This document shows, in pieces, positions 8,303-17,606 of a stretch of DNA of 33,939 nt. The position numbers were made by a program, and so were the translations under genes. Every line of letters starts with the position of its first letter. Positions within the stretch are counted from its first letter, which is position 1. The notes beneath the pieces were generated by a model. It saw nothing but the letters and a program-made list of their open reading frames with translations. It had not been told where the DNA came from and did no database searches. Origin of the DNA: an uncultured Collinsella sp. (GTDB lineage Bacteria; Actinomycetota; Coriobacteriia; Coriobacteriales; Coriobacteriaceae); assembly GCA_902478825.1 (NCBI GenBank), contig CABSMK010000001.1:1-33939 (forward strand). The letters are read 5' to 3'.

Positions 8303-9415
8303 CTATAGATACGCACCGAGGTTGATGGCCGTGGCGTCGGTCTGGCTGCTTGCCTGGGTGCTGGCGCGTTCCAGCAGGAACGGACGTACCAGTTCTTGGC
8401 GGTTGATGTCCTCGGCGGCGGTGACTGCGGTGACGGTGCGCGCTGTAGAGCCGACGCGGATATGCTTGGTCTTTGCTGGGGCCTTGTTCTCGATTTGCTC
8501 CATGAGCAATTGAACGCCCTTGCGGCCAATCTCGTAGCCCGGGGGCGCTACCGTAGTGAGCGGGACCGATCCGCTCCAAGCGAGCGGGTTGCCATCGCAA
8601 CCTGCTACGCGTACTTGCCCGGGGACGGCGATGCCTTTGTCGACCAGCGCCGAGATGACGCCCGAGGCCAGCACGTCGGTCAGGCCGACGACAAAATCGG
8701 GGCGTTCGTCGGCGGGGCGCGCGGCGATTTGGGTGCCGATGCCGTAGCCGTCGGCGGCGGTATTCCATTCGCCGGCGTCGATGACTTCGATCTTGATATC
8801 GGGATGTAGGGCGAGCGCCTTATGAATGCCAAGGACGCGCAGGGTGAGTTGCATAAATGCTGCTCGGCCGACGACGACAATATGGTGCGCGCCGCGGGCG
8901 ATGGCGAGCTCGGCGATGATGCGGCCTTGTGCCTCGTTGTCGGCGGCCACGTAGTAGCCGGGCTCGGAGCAATGGATGTCCAGATGGACGATCGGCACGG
9001 GCATCTTGGTCAGGGCGGGGTGCCAGTCGGGGGATGCCATGGGCTGAACCATGACGCCGGACATCTGGGTGCCCATAAAGTAGCGCAGGTAATGGTCCTC
9101 GAGAATATCGTCGTTATCGGCGTTGGCGATGAGCAGGTCGTAGCCGTGCTTGCGGGCCTCGTTGTGGGCGCCGCTGGCGATTTGGAGTGAAAAGCCGTGG
9201 TCGAGACGGGGGAGCACCAGGCCAAAGGACTTGGTGGCGCCGCCCGCGAGCTGACGAGCGCTTTGGTTGGGCAGGTAGCCCAGTCGATTGATGGTTTCGT
9301 TAATGAGCTTGAGGGTCTCGGGACGCAGCTTTTCGGGGTGGTTGAGCGCGTTGGAAACCGTGCCCAACGAAACCCCGGCCTCGCGCGCGACGTCGCTGAT
9401 TTTTACCTTTGCCAT
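8303..9415 (-). CDS. LacI-family transcriptional regulator
   Basis: MAKVKISDVAREAGVSLGTVSNALN HTH, LGYLPNQSARQL hinge, periplasmic-binding-like domain; AAAGGGG RBS before ATG 9415. Confidence 0.93.
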   Translation of the reverse strand: MAKVKISDVAREAGVSLGTVSNALNHPEKLRPETLKLINETINRLGYLPNQSARQLAGGATKSFGLVLPRLDHGFSLQIASGAHNEARKHGYDLLIANADNDDILEDHYLRYFMGTQMSGVMVQPMASPDWHPALTKMPVPIVHLDIHCSEPGYYVAADNEAQGRIIAELAIARGAHHIVVVGRAAFMQLTLRVLGIHKALALHPDIKIEVIDAGEWNTAADGYGIGTQIAARPADERPDFVVGLTDVLASGVISALVDKGIAVPGQVRVAGCDGNPLAWSGSVPLTTVAPPGYEIGRKGVQLLMEQIENKAPAKTKHIRVGSTARTVTAVTAAEDINRQELVRPFLLERASTQASSQTDATAINLGAYL

Positions 9416-9482
9416 AGCGGCCCCTTTGATGCGTTTCAAGTACAAGCCAGATTGTAGCATCGCCCGCCCCTGAGGTGTCAAA

Positions 9483-9531
9483 ACCCGCCTATTAGGGACA
9501 GGTTTATTTTGGCAGGTTTTATCTGGGCAAA
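9483..9531 (-). repeat. 49-bp REP-like repeat, copy 2 (inverted)
   Basis: Reverse complement of the 6262 and 11642 element. Confidence 0.88.
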
Positions 9532-9730
9532 CGATGCTGTCAGACCAAACCACCACGAAGGTGCCTGCCCCCTTCGGGGTGGGGTGTGTGTATCGAGTGG
9601 TATTCAAGTTGAGATACCACTTCTGGTATATCAGCTTGCGTTTGCGTGAGTACAATACTCGAACGTTATGCGTCTCAGCGCCCCCTGTGCGTGGACGTTT
9701 TGCAGTCAAGCGGACGAAGGGATTTATCCT

Positions 9731-11578
9731 ATGTGCGGAATTGTCGGCTACACCGGCTCTGATATTGCAAAGAACATCCTGGTCACAGGCCTCAAGCGTA
9801 TGGAGTATCGCGGCTATGACTCCTCGGGCGTCGCGCTCGAGGTGGGCGAGGGTGCCGCGGCGCACCTCGACGTCATCCGCCGCGTGGGCAAGGTCGCGGG
9901 CTTGGAGAGCGAGCTTTCCAACATCGACAGCGACGCTACCTGCGGTATCGGCCACACCCGTTGGGCCACCCACGGCAAGCCCTCCGTCGTTAACGCTCAC
10001 CCCCACACCAGCTGCGACGGTCGTATCGCCATCGTCCACAACGGCATCATCGAGAACTTCGCCGAGCTGCGCGAAGAGCTGGAGGGCCGCGGCCACCACT
10101 TTAAGAGCGAGACCGATACCGAGGTCTTCGCGCATCTGATCGAAGAGGCTTATGCCGAGACGCACGACCTGATGGCCTCCGTGCGCGAGGCTTGCGCCCA
10201 CGTGGTCGGCGCCTATGGTCTGGCCGCCGTGTGCGCTGACGAGCCCGGCGTGATCGCCGTGGCCCGCAAGGATTCCCCGATCGTGGTCGGCGCGGGCGAG
10301 ACCGGCTCCTACGTTGCCTCCGATGTCATCGCGCTCATCGACGCCACCCGCGATGTCGTGGTGCTCGAGGACGGTCAGTTTGCCAGGCTCACGCCCGCAG
10401 GCGTCGAGTACACCGACGAGGCCGGCAACGTTATCGAGCCCAAGGTCACCCACATCGACTGGGACCTGGACATGGCAGAAAAGGGCGGTTATCCCGACTT
10501 TATGCTCAAGGAAATCCACGAGCAGCCGCGCGTCGTGCGCGACACGCTGGTCGGTCGTATGACGCCGGCCGGCGAGCTCGACATCGACGAGCTGGGCCTT
10601 TCGCTCGAGGAGCTCAACGACATCGATCGCGTCTACGTGATCGCTTGCGGCACCAGCTATCACGCTGGCCTCATTGCCAAGAATCTCATTGAGGGCTGGG
10701 CTCGCATCCCCACCGAGGTGGAGGCGGCCAGCGAGTTCCGTTACCGCAATCCCATCATTACGCCGACGACGCTTGTCGTTGCCGTGTCCCAGTCGGGCGA
10801 GACGGCCGATACCCTTGCCGCCATTCGCGACGCGCGCATCAAGGGTGCCAAGGTCTTCGGCATCACCAACGTGGTGGGCAGCCCCGTAGCGCGTGAGAGC
10901 GACGGTGTTATCTACACCAAGGCCAACAAGGAGATCGCGGTCGCCTCGACCAAGAGCTTCATCGGCCAGGTTGTGAGCCTTACGCTTTTGGCCCTGCTGC
11001 TGGCGCAGGTCAAGTACCGCTTGACCACCAAGCAGGCGCGCATGCTGTTCCGCGAGCTTTCCGATACGGCCGAGCAGATCCAGTGGATTTTGGATACCCA
11101 AACCGAGGCCGTGCATGAGGCCGCCCTGCTGTGCAAGGACGCGCAGTCCGCACTGTTCGTGGGTCGCGGCATGGGCGCCGCTATTTCCTACGAGGGTGCA
11201 CTCAAGCTCAAGGAGGTCAGCTACCTGCACGCCGAGGCCTACGCCGCCGGTGAGATGAAGCACGGCCCCATTGCCCTGATCGACCCGGGCTTCCCTGTCA
11301 TCGCTGTGGCCACCAAGAGTGCCACCTACGACAAGACCGTGTCGAACCTCATGGAGTGCAAGGCGCGCGGCGCCAAGGTCATCGTCGTTGCCACCGAGGG
11401 CGACGAGGAGATCAACAAGATCGCCGACTGCATCATCCGCGTGCCAGCAGTCCGCGACGTGTTCAGCCCCATCACGGCGAGCGTCCCGCTGCAGCTGCTC
11501 GCCCGCGAGGTCGCCATCCTGCGCGGCTGCGATGTCGATCAGCCCCGAAACCTCGCTAAGAGCGTGACCGTGGAATAG
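9731..11578 (+). CDS. glmS: Glutamine--fructose-6-phosphate aminotransferase (isomerizing)
   Basis: MCGIVG N-terminus, EYRGYDS, GHTRWATHG, SQSGETADT, C-terminal PRNLAKSVTVE. Confidence 0.98.
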   Translation: MCGIVGYTGSDIAKNILVTGLKRMEYRGYDSSGVALEVGEGAAAHLDVIRRVGKVAGLESELSNIDSDATCGIGHTRWATHGKPSVVNAHPHTSCDGRIAIVHNGIIENFAELREELEGRGHHFKSETDTEVFAHLIEEAYAETHDLMASVREACAHVVGAYGLAAVCADEPGVIAVARKDSPIVVGAGETGSYVASDVIALIDATRDVVVLEDGQFARLTPAGVEYTDEAGNVIEPKVTHIDWDLDMAEKGGYPDFMLKEIHEQPRVVRDTLVGRMTPAGELDIDELGLSLEELNDIDRVYVIACGTSYHAGLIAKNLIEGWARIPTEVEAASEFRYRNPIITPTTLVVAVSQSGETADTLAAIRDARIKGAKVFGITNVVGSPVARESDGVIYTKANKEIAVASTKSFIGQVVSLTLLALLLAQVKYRLTTKQARMLFRELSDTAEQIQWILDTQTEAVHEAALLCKDAQSALFVGRGMGAAISYEGALKLKEVSYLHAEAYAAGEMKHGPIALIDPGFPVIAVATKSATYDKTVSNLMECKARGAKVIVVATEGDEEINKIADCIIRVPAVRDVFSPITASVPLQLLAREVAILRGCDVDQPRNLAKSVTVE

Positions 11579-11600
11579 TTGGTTCCGCCGTCCTAGCGAC

Positions 11601-11637
11601 CAAGGCCCGGCTCCGTTGCAGCGGAGCCGGGCCTTGT
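11601..11637. terminator. Terminator hairpin after glmS
   Basis: CAAGGCCCGGCTCCGTTG/CAGCGGAGCCGGGCCTTG inverted repeat. Confidence 0.8.
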
Positions 11638-11641
11638 TGCA

Positions 11642-11690
11642 TTTGCCCAGATAAAACCTGCCAAAATAAACCTGTCCCTTTTTGGCAGGT
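11642..11690 (+). repeat. 49-bp REP-like repeat, copy 3
   Basis: tttgcccagataaaacctgccaaaataaacctgtccctttttggcaggt, with a perfect 11-bp stem around a 13-nt spacer. Confidence 0.9.
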
Positions 11691-12391
11691 TAGCGGAGCT
11701 TGCTGGTCTCGAAGTACTCGGGGAACTGGTCCAGAACCTCGGTTTGGTTGCGGAACATCATGTGCAGGTGCTTGCTGACCAAAAAGCTCGCTTCGATGGG
11801 GTCGCGACCGGCGATAGCGCGGCGAATCTGCTTGTGCTCGTTCACGATGTCCTGATTGTCGAGAACCTGCGTGGCGGCGCGCAGCCAGCGGAAGCGCTCA
11901 AGGTCGGCATTGGTCTCTTCGAGCCACGACCACACGGTGCTGCGACATGCGATGCTAAAAATCATGTGATGCATGAGGTTGTCGCTCAAAAAGAAGCCGA
12001 TGCGATCCTCTTCGGCCATGGCCTTTTCCTGCAGCACGATGGCGCGGTCGAGCTGCTCGATGCCAGCCGACGTGGCGCGCGCGCAGCACTCCACGATCAC
12101 CTGCTTTTCCAGATGCTCGCGGATGTAACAGGCACTCTCGGCAAGGGTGAGGTTGATGGGCGAGACGTAGGTACCGCTCTGGGGCACGGTGCGCACCAGG
12201 CCTTCCTGCGCCAAACGAACCAAAGCCTCGCGCACAGGGGTGCGCCCCATATCTAGGTCGTCGCAAAGTTGCTTGACGCCCAGCTTTTCGCCCGGCTTGT
12301 AGTCCAGGTAGACGATTTTGCGTCGAATGGTGTGGTAGGACTGGTCCTGTAGGCTCGTTTCCTGCTCGCCGACGTGCATCGATTCTTCCAT
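11690..12391 (-). CDS. GntR-family regulator (FCD/FadR subfamily)
   Basis: YKPGEKL..LDMGRTPVREAL..GTYV wHTH; FCD domain with D..MH, EH and HL motifs; start at ATG 12391 behind GAGG. Confidence 0.92.
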   Translation of the reverse strand: MEESMHVGEQETSLQDQSYHTIRRKIVYLDYKPGEKLGVKQLCDDLDMGRTPVREALVRLAQEGLVRTVPQSGTYVSPINLTLAESACYIREHLEKQVIVECCARATSAGIEQLDRAIVLQEKAMAEEDRIGFFLSDNLMHHMIFSIACRSTVWSWLEETNADLERFRWLRAATQVLDNQDIVNEHKQIRRAIAGRDPIEASFLVSKHLHMMFRNQTEVLDQFPEYFETSKLR

Positions 12392-12584
12392 AGCGCCTCG
12401 CAACTGTTCTATCAAACTCATATGTCAGTTGTTAATTATGCCGCGAATCAGCTCTCCGCGGTGGGTAATTCGGCTGTTGCCTGAGAACTATTGCGGCATC
12501 TTAGTCTGTGTTTGCGCAAGGCTGCGCTCAATGTTGCCGTATCATAAGCCGTCGCAAACGTGAAATAGAAAGAAGGAATCCCAT

Positions 12585-13619
12585 ATGCAACTGGCAAATA
12601 TCGTACGCGAGCGCTGGAAAGGCGTCTTGTTCTGCCTAATCATTGCCATTCCCGCGACGTTGCTCGGCAAACAAATTGAGGTGGTCGGCGGTCCGGTATT
12701 TGCCATCCTCTTTGGTATGGTCCTGGCGCTCGTCTTTCCCAAGAATCGTCGCGAACAGCTCGCCGCCGGCGTTACCTATACGTCCAAAAAAGTCTTGCAG
12801 TACGCGGTTATTCTGCTTGGCTTTGGCATGAACCTCTCCCAGATTCTGTCCAAGGGCGCCCAGTCGCTGCCGATTATCGTGGCGACAATCTCGACCTCGC
12901 TTGTCATCGCCTTTGTGCTCTGCCGCGTCATGAACGTGCCGGGCAAGATCGCGACGCTTGTGGGTGTGGGTTCGTCGATTTGCGGCGGTTCTGCCATCGC
13001 CGCGACCGCACCCGTCATCGATGCCGACGATCGCGAGATTGCCCAGGCCATTTCGGTCATCTTCCTGTTTAACGTTATCGCGGCGCTCGTGTTTCCGACG
13101 CTCGGCGGCATGCTCGGGCTGACCAACGAGGGCTTTGGCCTGTTTGCCGGCACCGCCATCAACGATACCTCGTCCGTAACGGCTGCGGCGAGTGCCTGGG
13201 ACAGCATGCATCCCGGCGCCAATGTGCTCGAGAGCGCCACGGTGGTCAAGCTCACCAGGACGCTGGCCATTATCCCCATCACGTTGGTCCTCGCATGCTG
13301 GCAGATGCATCTGGCGCGCAAAGCCGGCGGCGACGCCAAAAGCACGTTCTCCCTTAAACGCGCGTTTCCCATGTTTGTGCTGTTCTTTGTGCTGGCGAGC
13401 GTGATCACCACGGTGTTTCAGCTTCCCGTGTCCATCACGGCGCCCATCAAGGAGCTGTCGAAGTTCTTTATTGTGATGGCCATGGCGGCTATTGGTTTTA
13501 ATACCGATATCGTCGAGCTGGTCAAAAAGGGCGGCAAGCCCATCGCATTGGGCTTTTGCTGCTGGATTGGCATTGCGTGCATGAGTTTGGGAATGCAACA
13601 CGTACTGGGAATCTGGTAG
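12585..13619 (+). CDS. YeiH/UPF0324 membrane protein (putative sulfate exporter family)
   Basis: About 10 TM segments, GSSICGGSAIAA, GTAINDTSSV, VKLTR; GAAGGA RBS. Confidence 0.92.
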   Translation: MQLANIVRERWKGVLFCLIIAIPATLLGKQIEVVGGPVFAILFGMVLALVFPKNRREQLAAGVTYTSKKVLQYAVILLGFGMNLSQILSKGAQSLPIIVATISTSLVIAFVLCRVMNVPGKIATLVGVGSSICGGSAIAATAPVIDADDREIAQAISVIFLFNVIAALVFPTLGGMLGLTNEGFGLFAGTAINDTSSVTAAASAWDSMHPGANVLESATVVKLTRTLAIIPITLVLACWQMHLARKAGGDAKSTFSLKRAFPMFVLFFVLASVITTVFQLPVSITAPIKELSKFFIVMAMAAIGFNTDIVELVKKGGKPIALGFCCWIGIACMSLGMQHVLGIW

Positions 13620-13818
13620 AGAAGTAGCTTATTTGCGTGCTGCGTGCTGGTGAGCGCATTCTCACGGTGGAGCGATAGGAGCTCTTGCGGGTATGGCTTG
13701 TCCGCAGGTTTATAAGTCCCGAAGAGCTCTTATCGCCCCGCCAGGATGGCGATGCGGGGCAACACCTATACTCGCAGGACGGCGCTTTCTGCCCTATAGT
13801 GTTTGGTGAGCAATATCG

Positions 13819-13833
13819 TTCAATTTTGAAACA
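13819..13833. promoter_or_regulatory. Palindromic candidate operator upstream of the PrpR-like regulator
   Basis: TTCAA-TT-TTGAAACA about 55 bp before the start codon. Confidence 0.4.
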
Positions 13834-13885
13834 CTCGGTCGTGCGACCGCCGGCGGTTGCACGTCGCTGCAGACAGGGGCAAATC

Positions 13886-15103
13886 ATGGATAGCGATGCC
13901 AAGCTGAACATCTTGACCGATGCCCTGGCTGCTGCCGGGGCATCGGCATTGGCAATCGATGCGCGTGGGGACGTCGCGATCTCGACCATGAATGACGCGG
14001 CGCTTGAGCGGGGTGTGGCGACTTTTGTCGCTGAGCGCCTCGACCGTATAGGAGACGGCGCGCGTCTGGTTATGGGGCGTGAGGGTACGCGCCTGAGCCT
14101 GACCGTTCGCCCCACCGACAAAGAGGGCGGGGGCCTTTGGGTCGTCGTGGTCCGCGAGGTGCGCGGTGCCGCGGCGCATGCGGGTATCGAGTGGCTCAAC
14201 GCCGACGAAGTTGAGGCCCGCTACGAATCGAGCGCGTACGGCATCGTTGAGGGGGCGGCCTCGGTGGCTGCGCCGGTTGCAGAGAGTTACGCGCGCGGTG
14301 TGCCCCTTATGCTCGAGGGCGAGCTGGGAGCGGGTCAGGTCGAGATCGCCAAGCGCCTCTATCTGGACGGTCCTTTTGTCGGTCAGCCCTTTGTTTCCGT
14401 TGCGCTCGATGAGCTCACCGATCGCGGTTGGCGCCATGTGCTCAAAAGCGCCGAATCGCCGTTGTTCCAAACGGGGCTGACCCTTTGCATTGAGGGCTGG
14501 AACGCGGTTGGCCCCCAGCGCCTCCGCGAGCTGGTCTCCACGATGACCGACACCGCGTTGGCGACGCGCTGCCATGTGGTGCTGACAGCGAATGACATGC
14601 CGGGCGGCGGCGAAAGTGATCAAGCCGCCTTTGTGACCGAGCGCTTCGCCTGTGCGGTGAGCGTGGCGCCGGCAATCGCCGAGCAGGGAGCCGCGTCGAC
14701 GAAGGTTGCGCGCTATTTGGAATATCTCGCCGATGCATTTGGGACGGCAGCGCCCACGCTGTCTGCCGCGGCGACGAAGACGCTCGATGCTTACCGCTGG
14801 CCGCGCAATTATCTGCAGCTCCGCGAGGTCTCGGAACGACTGTATATATTGGTGGGGACGGGCACGGTGGACCGCGCTGTGGCGGAGGAAGTGCTCGCCC
14901 AAGAGGACGTGATTAAGACCGCAACCTTTGGCGCCCCGACGCTCGAAAGTGACCTGTATATCCTGCGACCGCTGGCCGATACCGAGCGAGATATCGCGCA
15001 TCTGGTTGTAGACCATCTCCACGGCAACCGAACCCGTGCGGCGGAGGTGCTGGGCATAAGCCGTACAACGCTGTGGCGCTTACTGAAGGACGATGACCGT
15101 TGA
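13886..15103 (+). CDS. PrpR/NtrC-like regulator with degenerate AAA+ domain and C-terminal Fis HTH
   Basis: LEGELGAGQVEIA (Walker A-like), YRWPRNYLQL, GNRTRAAEVLGISRTTLWRLLK; no GAFTGA. Confidence 0.85.
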   Translation: MDSDAKLNILTDALAAAGASALAIDARGDVAISTMNDAALERGVATFVAERLDRIGDGARLVMGREGTRLSLTVRPTDKEGGGLWVVVVREVRGAAAHAGIEWLNADEVEARYESSAYGIVEGAASVAAPVAESYARGVPLMLEGELGAGQVEIAKRLYLDGPFVGQPFVSVALDELTDRGWRHVLKSAESPLFQTGLTLCIEGWNAVGPQRLRELVSTMTDTALATRCHVVLTANDMPGGGESDQAAFVTERFACAVSVAPAIAEQGAASTKVARYLEYLADAFGTAAPTLSAAATKTLDAYRWPRNYLQLREVSERLYILVGTGTVDRAVAEEVLAQEDVIKTATFGAPTLESDLYILRPLADTERDIAHLVVDHLHGNRTRAAEVLGISRTTLWRLLKDDDR

Positions 15104-15187
15104 GCGAGGCACCCGTGACCGCGCGCGACGCGTGTGCTACAGTCCAAAGCGTTATTGTTTCGATTTGGTTACGGCGTGCGAGGGCAT

Positions 15188-15763
15188 ATGGCTGAGACTT
15201 CAAAACCGAGCCGCAGAAGGCGGAGCGCCGCGCCGGTTAACCGACGCACGACATCGGTGACGTGGGGCAAACACGCCTCGGGGTTTGATGGCTCGTTCAA
15301 GCGCACTAAATATGGCTATCCTTCGGCAAGCGCTCGCTTGGCAATGCAGGCAGAGTCCTCGCTGTGGGGCCGCAAGCGCGTGGTGGGCTCAAAGCTCAAG
15401 CACGACGGCACGCTCGGTTACATCAGCCGCGGGGCGGCTCGCCGCAGCGGGCTCAATCCCGCTGGTTGGCATCGTTATGTGCCGATCGTGGCCGTCGTTG
15501 CAGTGATCGTCATCGCACTCGCCGCGCTTGGCTACGCCGGCGGTGGCGCCAACTTGGACGCAATGTTTAAATCGCCCGAGCTCGCGCATGTAGGTACAGA
15601 AGTTGTCGAGGGCGCTCAGACCCAGACGGGCGTCGCACCCCAGCGCGGTATCGTTGCAGCGGCCTCCACCATCGCCGATGCGCAAAAGGACGAGGACGAA
15701 CAAGGCAGCGAAGCCGAAACGGCCCAGACGAACGAAACGACGACAACTCAAATATCAACATAG
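15188..15763 (+). CDS. Hypothetical single-pass membrane protein
   Basis: GAGGG RBS; Arg/Lys-rich N-terminal half, one strong TM (IVAVVAVIVIALAALGY), acidic/Thr-rich tail. Confidence 0.7.
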   Translation: MAETSKPSRRRRSAAPVNRRTTSVTWGKHASGFDGSFKRTKYGYPSASARLAMQAESSLWGRKRVVGSKLKHDGTLGYISRGAARRSGLNPAGWHRYVPIVAVVAVIVIALAALGYAGGGANLDAMFKSPELAHVGTEVVEGAQTQTGVAPQRGIVAAASTIADAQKDEDEQGSEAETAQTNETTTTQIST

Positions 15764-15765
15764 CT

Positions 15766-15800
15766 TGCCGGCAGAAGGGGACGTTCCTTTTCTGCCGGCA
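15766..15800 (+). repeat. Short GGGAC-type REP-like palindrome
   Basis: TGCCGGCAGAA-GGGGACGTTCCTT-TTCTGCCGGCA: 11-bp stem, 13-nt spacer. Confidence 0.7.
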
Positions 15801-15818
15801 GTTTGGGACACTCCTGCG

Positions 15819-16340
15819 CTACTTGACGTACACCACGTTGTCGCGGCGCGGCTTTGCCTCGGGTAGCGTGTCCTCGGCGTAGCCCAGAATGCAGTGACCG
15901 ACACCGCGCAGGCTGCCGTCGGCGGGCAGGCCCCAGCTGGCCAGCAGCTCTAGGCCCTCGGGCGAGTCAAAGACCTCATGCGCGCGGTGAATCCAGCACG
16001 AATCGACACCCAGTGCATAGGCGGCGTTGAGCAAGTTGCCCATGGCGAGCGAGCCGTCTTCCAGATGTGTGGGCACGCTGCGGTCAACCAGCACCACCAC
16101 AACGGTCTTGGCGCCATAGAAGGGGTCGCCGTTGCTGCCCATGACCTGGGCGTTGAGCTGTGAGAGACGCTCGACGGTCGCGGGGTCGGTGACGGCGACA
16201 AACGTCACCGGCTGGCGGCCCATGCCGCTCGGTGCATATTGGCCGGCTTCGATAATACGTGCAAGCTTTTCGGCCTCGACGGGACGATCGCTGTAGTTGC
16301 GGCAGCTGCGACGGTGAATGAGTGCTTCGATAGTCTCCAT
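15819..16340 (-). CDS. Nitroreductase family protein
   Basis: RRSCRNY, APSGMGRQP, NLLNAAYALGVDSCWI; AAGGAG RBS. Confidence 0.93.
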   Translation of the reverse strand: METIEALIHRRSCRNYSDRPVEAEKLARIIEAGQYAPSGMGRQPVTFVAVTDPATVERLSQLNAQVMGSNGDPFYGAKTVVVVLVDRSVPTHLEDGSLAMGNLLNAAYALGVDSCWIHRAHEVFDSPEGLELLASWGLPADGSLRGVGHCILGYAEDTLPEAKPRRDNVVYVK

Positions 16341-16634
16341 GGTGTCTCCTTGCGGTGGCGTTGCAGATGCCCCGTTCATACCCGTCGGGCTCAAACGATA
16401 GACGGTCAATTGCCCGGCCAAAAGGATAGATTCCAATTGGGAAAGTAGGTTTGCATAAAAGTACCTTCAGAATGTGACAAACAAATGGGATGGTTAAACG
16501 TTTTATCCCGTCTACCCTGCGGTTTTTTACCACTTGCCTAAATGACGAACGCATAACCTCTGATAAAGGTTTTACTAAAGGAGTACCAACGTTTATCAAT
16601 GCGCCGTGGTGGCGCCGGGCCAGGAGGTAACATC

Positions 16635-16925
16635 ATGTTCCAGGCTGGAGATGTCGTCGAGACCGATTTCGAAGGATTTCTGAAGCTGCTGCGTTCCAAG
16701 ACGCGCGCTTTCGTGTCGATCAACGATCACGAGTACTACATCACGCACACCGATGGCTATTGGCGTGTTCAGGATTGCGAGGCCCTCAACGACAAGGGCC
16801 ACTTTACTGACTGCTCCGAGCTGGTCAACACGGTCTGCGAGGTTGTCGAGCTGCCGTGGATTGCCGGCAAGAGCCTGCATGACAGCTTCTCGGGCGCTAC
16901 GGTCTATGAGGCCGTCGCCGCTTAA
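16635..16925 (+). CDS. Small hypothetical protein (96 aa)
   Basis: AGGAGG RBS, host-like codon usage, own terminator at 16953-16987. Confidence 0.8.
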   Translation: MFQAGDVVETDFEGFLKLLRSKTRAFVSINDHEYYITHTDGYWRVQDCEALNDKGHFTDCSELVNTVCEVVELPWIAGKSLHDSFSGATVYEAVAA

Positions 16926-16952
16926 CAGGCAATAAAACTCGATTTTCACGTG

Positions 16953-16988
16953 ACCGCTGGCGCCGCCCCCGCGCCGGCGGTCTTTTTC
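16953..16988 (+). terminator. Rho-independent terminator
   Basis: GACCGCTGGCGC-loop-GCGCCGGCGGTC then TTTTT. Confidence 0.8.
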
Positions 16989-17030
16989 TGCCGATAGGCC
17001 ATAAAAATGCACGCATTCGTGGAGAGCCTG

Positions 17031-17090
17031 TTGACGATAGTCAAAACTCGGACTAATGTAGAGATATAAATTGGTCAAAACTCGGACTAT
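17031..17090 (+). promoter_or_regulatory. Promoter with two MarR-type operators
   Basis: TTGACG-N17-TAATGT; GTCAAAACTCGGACTA occurs twice (17040 in the spacer, 17074 downstream) with TAGTC/GACTA dyad. Confidence 0.8.
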
Positions 17091-17105
17091 CGAATGGTGG
17101 GAGAG

Positions 17106-17606
17106 ATGAATAGTGCAGTTAGCCTGGTCGATTTCGACCGGATGCTCAACGGGCTTGACCGTATCTATTCGGAGTTCGCGCGCGCCTGCGGTCTTTCGGA
17201 CTGCGCCTACTGGATGCTCGTCGACACGAGTGCAGCGGGCGGAAGCGTTGCCGTGAGTCGGCTGACGAGTGAATGGTTCTACAGCAAACAGACCATCAAT
17301 TCGGCGATCAAGACGCTTAGGGCGCGAGGGCTTGCGACGTTGGAGTTTGCCGAGGGCAGTCGTAAGAACAAGGTTGTGCGACTGACCGAAGAAGGCGTGC
17401 AGTTTGCCAAGCGCTACGCGTTGCCGGCGCAAAAAGCCGAGCAACAGGCATTCGAGGCGCTCGAGCCGTGGGAGCAGCGCGAGATCATGCGCTTGGTCGG
17501 TAAGTTCTCCCATGTTCTGAACGAAGAGTGCGAGGCATTTAAACGGCAAGTGGCCGCCGAGAACGAGGCTGACGATAAGGGCGAGGGGGACGCATGCGAC
17601 TCTTAA
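17106..17606 (+). CDS. MarR-family transcriptional regulator
   Basis: SKQTINSAIKTL..G and K.VRLTEEG winged HTH; leads the ABC operon. Confidence 0.9.
   Translation: MNSAVSLVDFDRMLNGLDRIYSEFARACGLSDCAYWMLVDTSAAGGSVAVSRLTSEWFYSKQTINSAIKTLRARGLATLEFAEGSRKNKVVRLTEEGVQFAKRYALPAQKAEQQAFEALEPWEQREIMRLVGKFSHVLNEECEAFKRQVAAENEADDKGEGDACDS

Noticed and set aside
8303..11263. 986-aa ORF suggesting a giant LacI fusion
   Set aside because: The N-terminal ~615 codons are the antisense shadow of glmS plus intergenic DNA; the real LacI starts at 9415 with its own RBS.
6262..11690. CRISPR array from the 49-bp repeats
   Set aside because: Copies are kilobases apart, in mixed orientation, and no cas genes are present.
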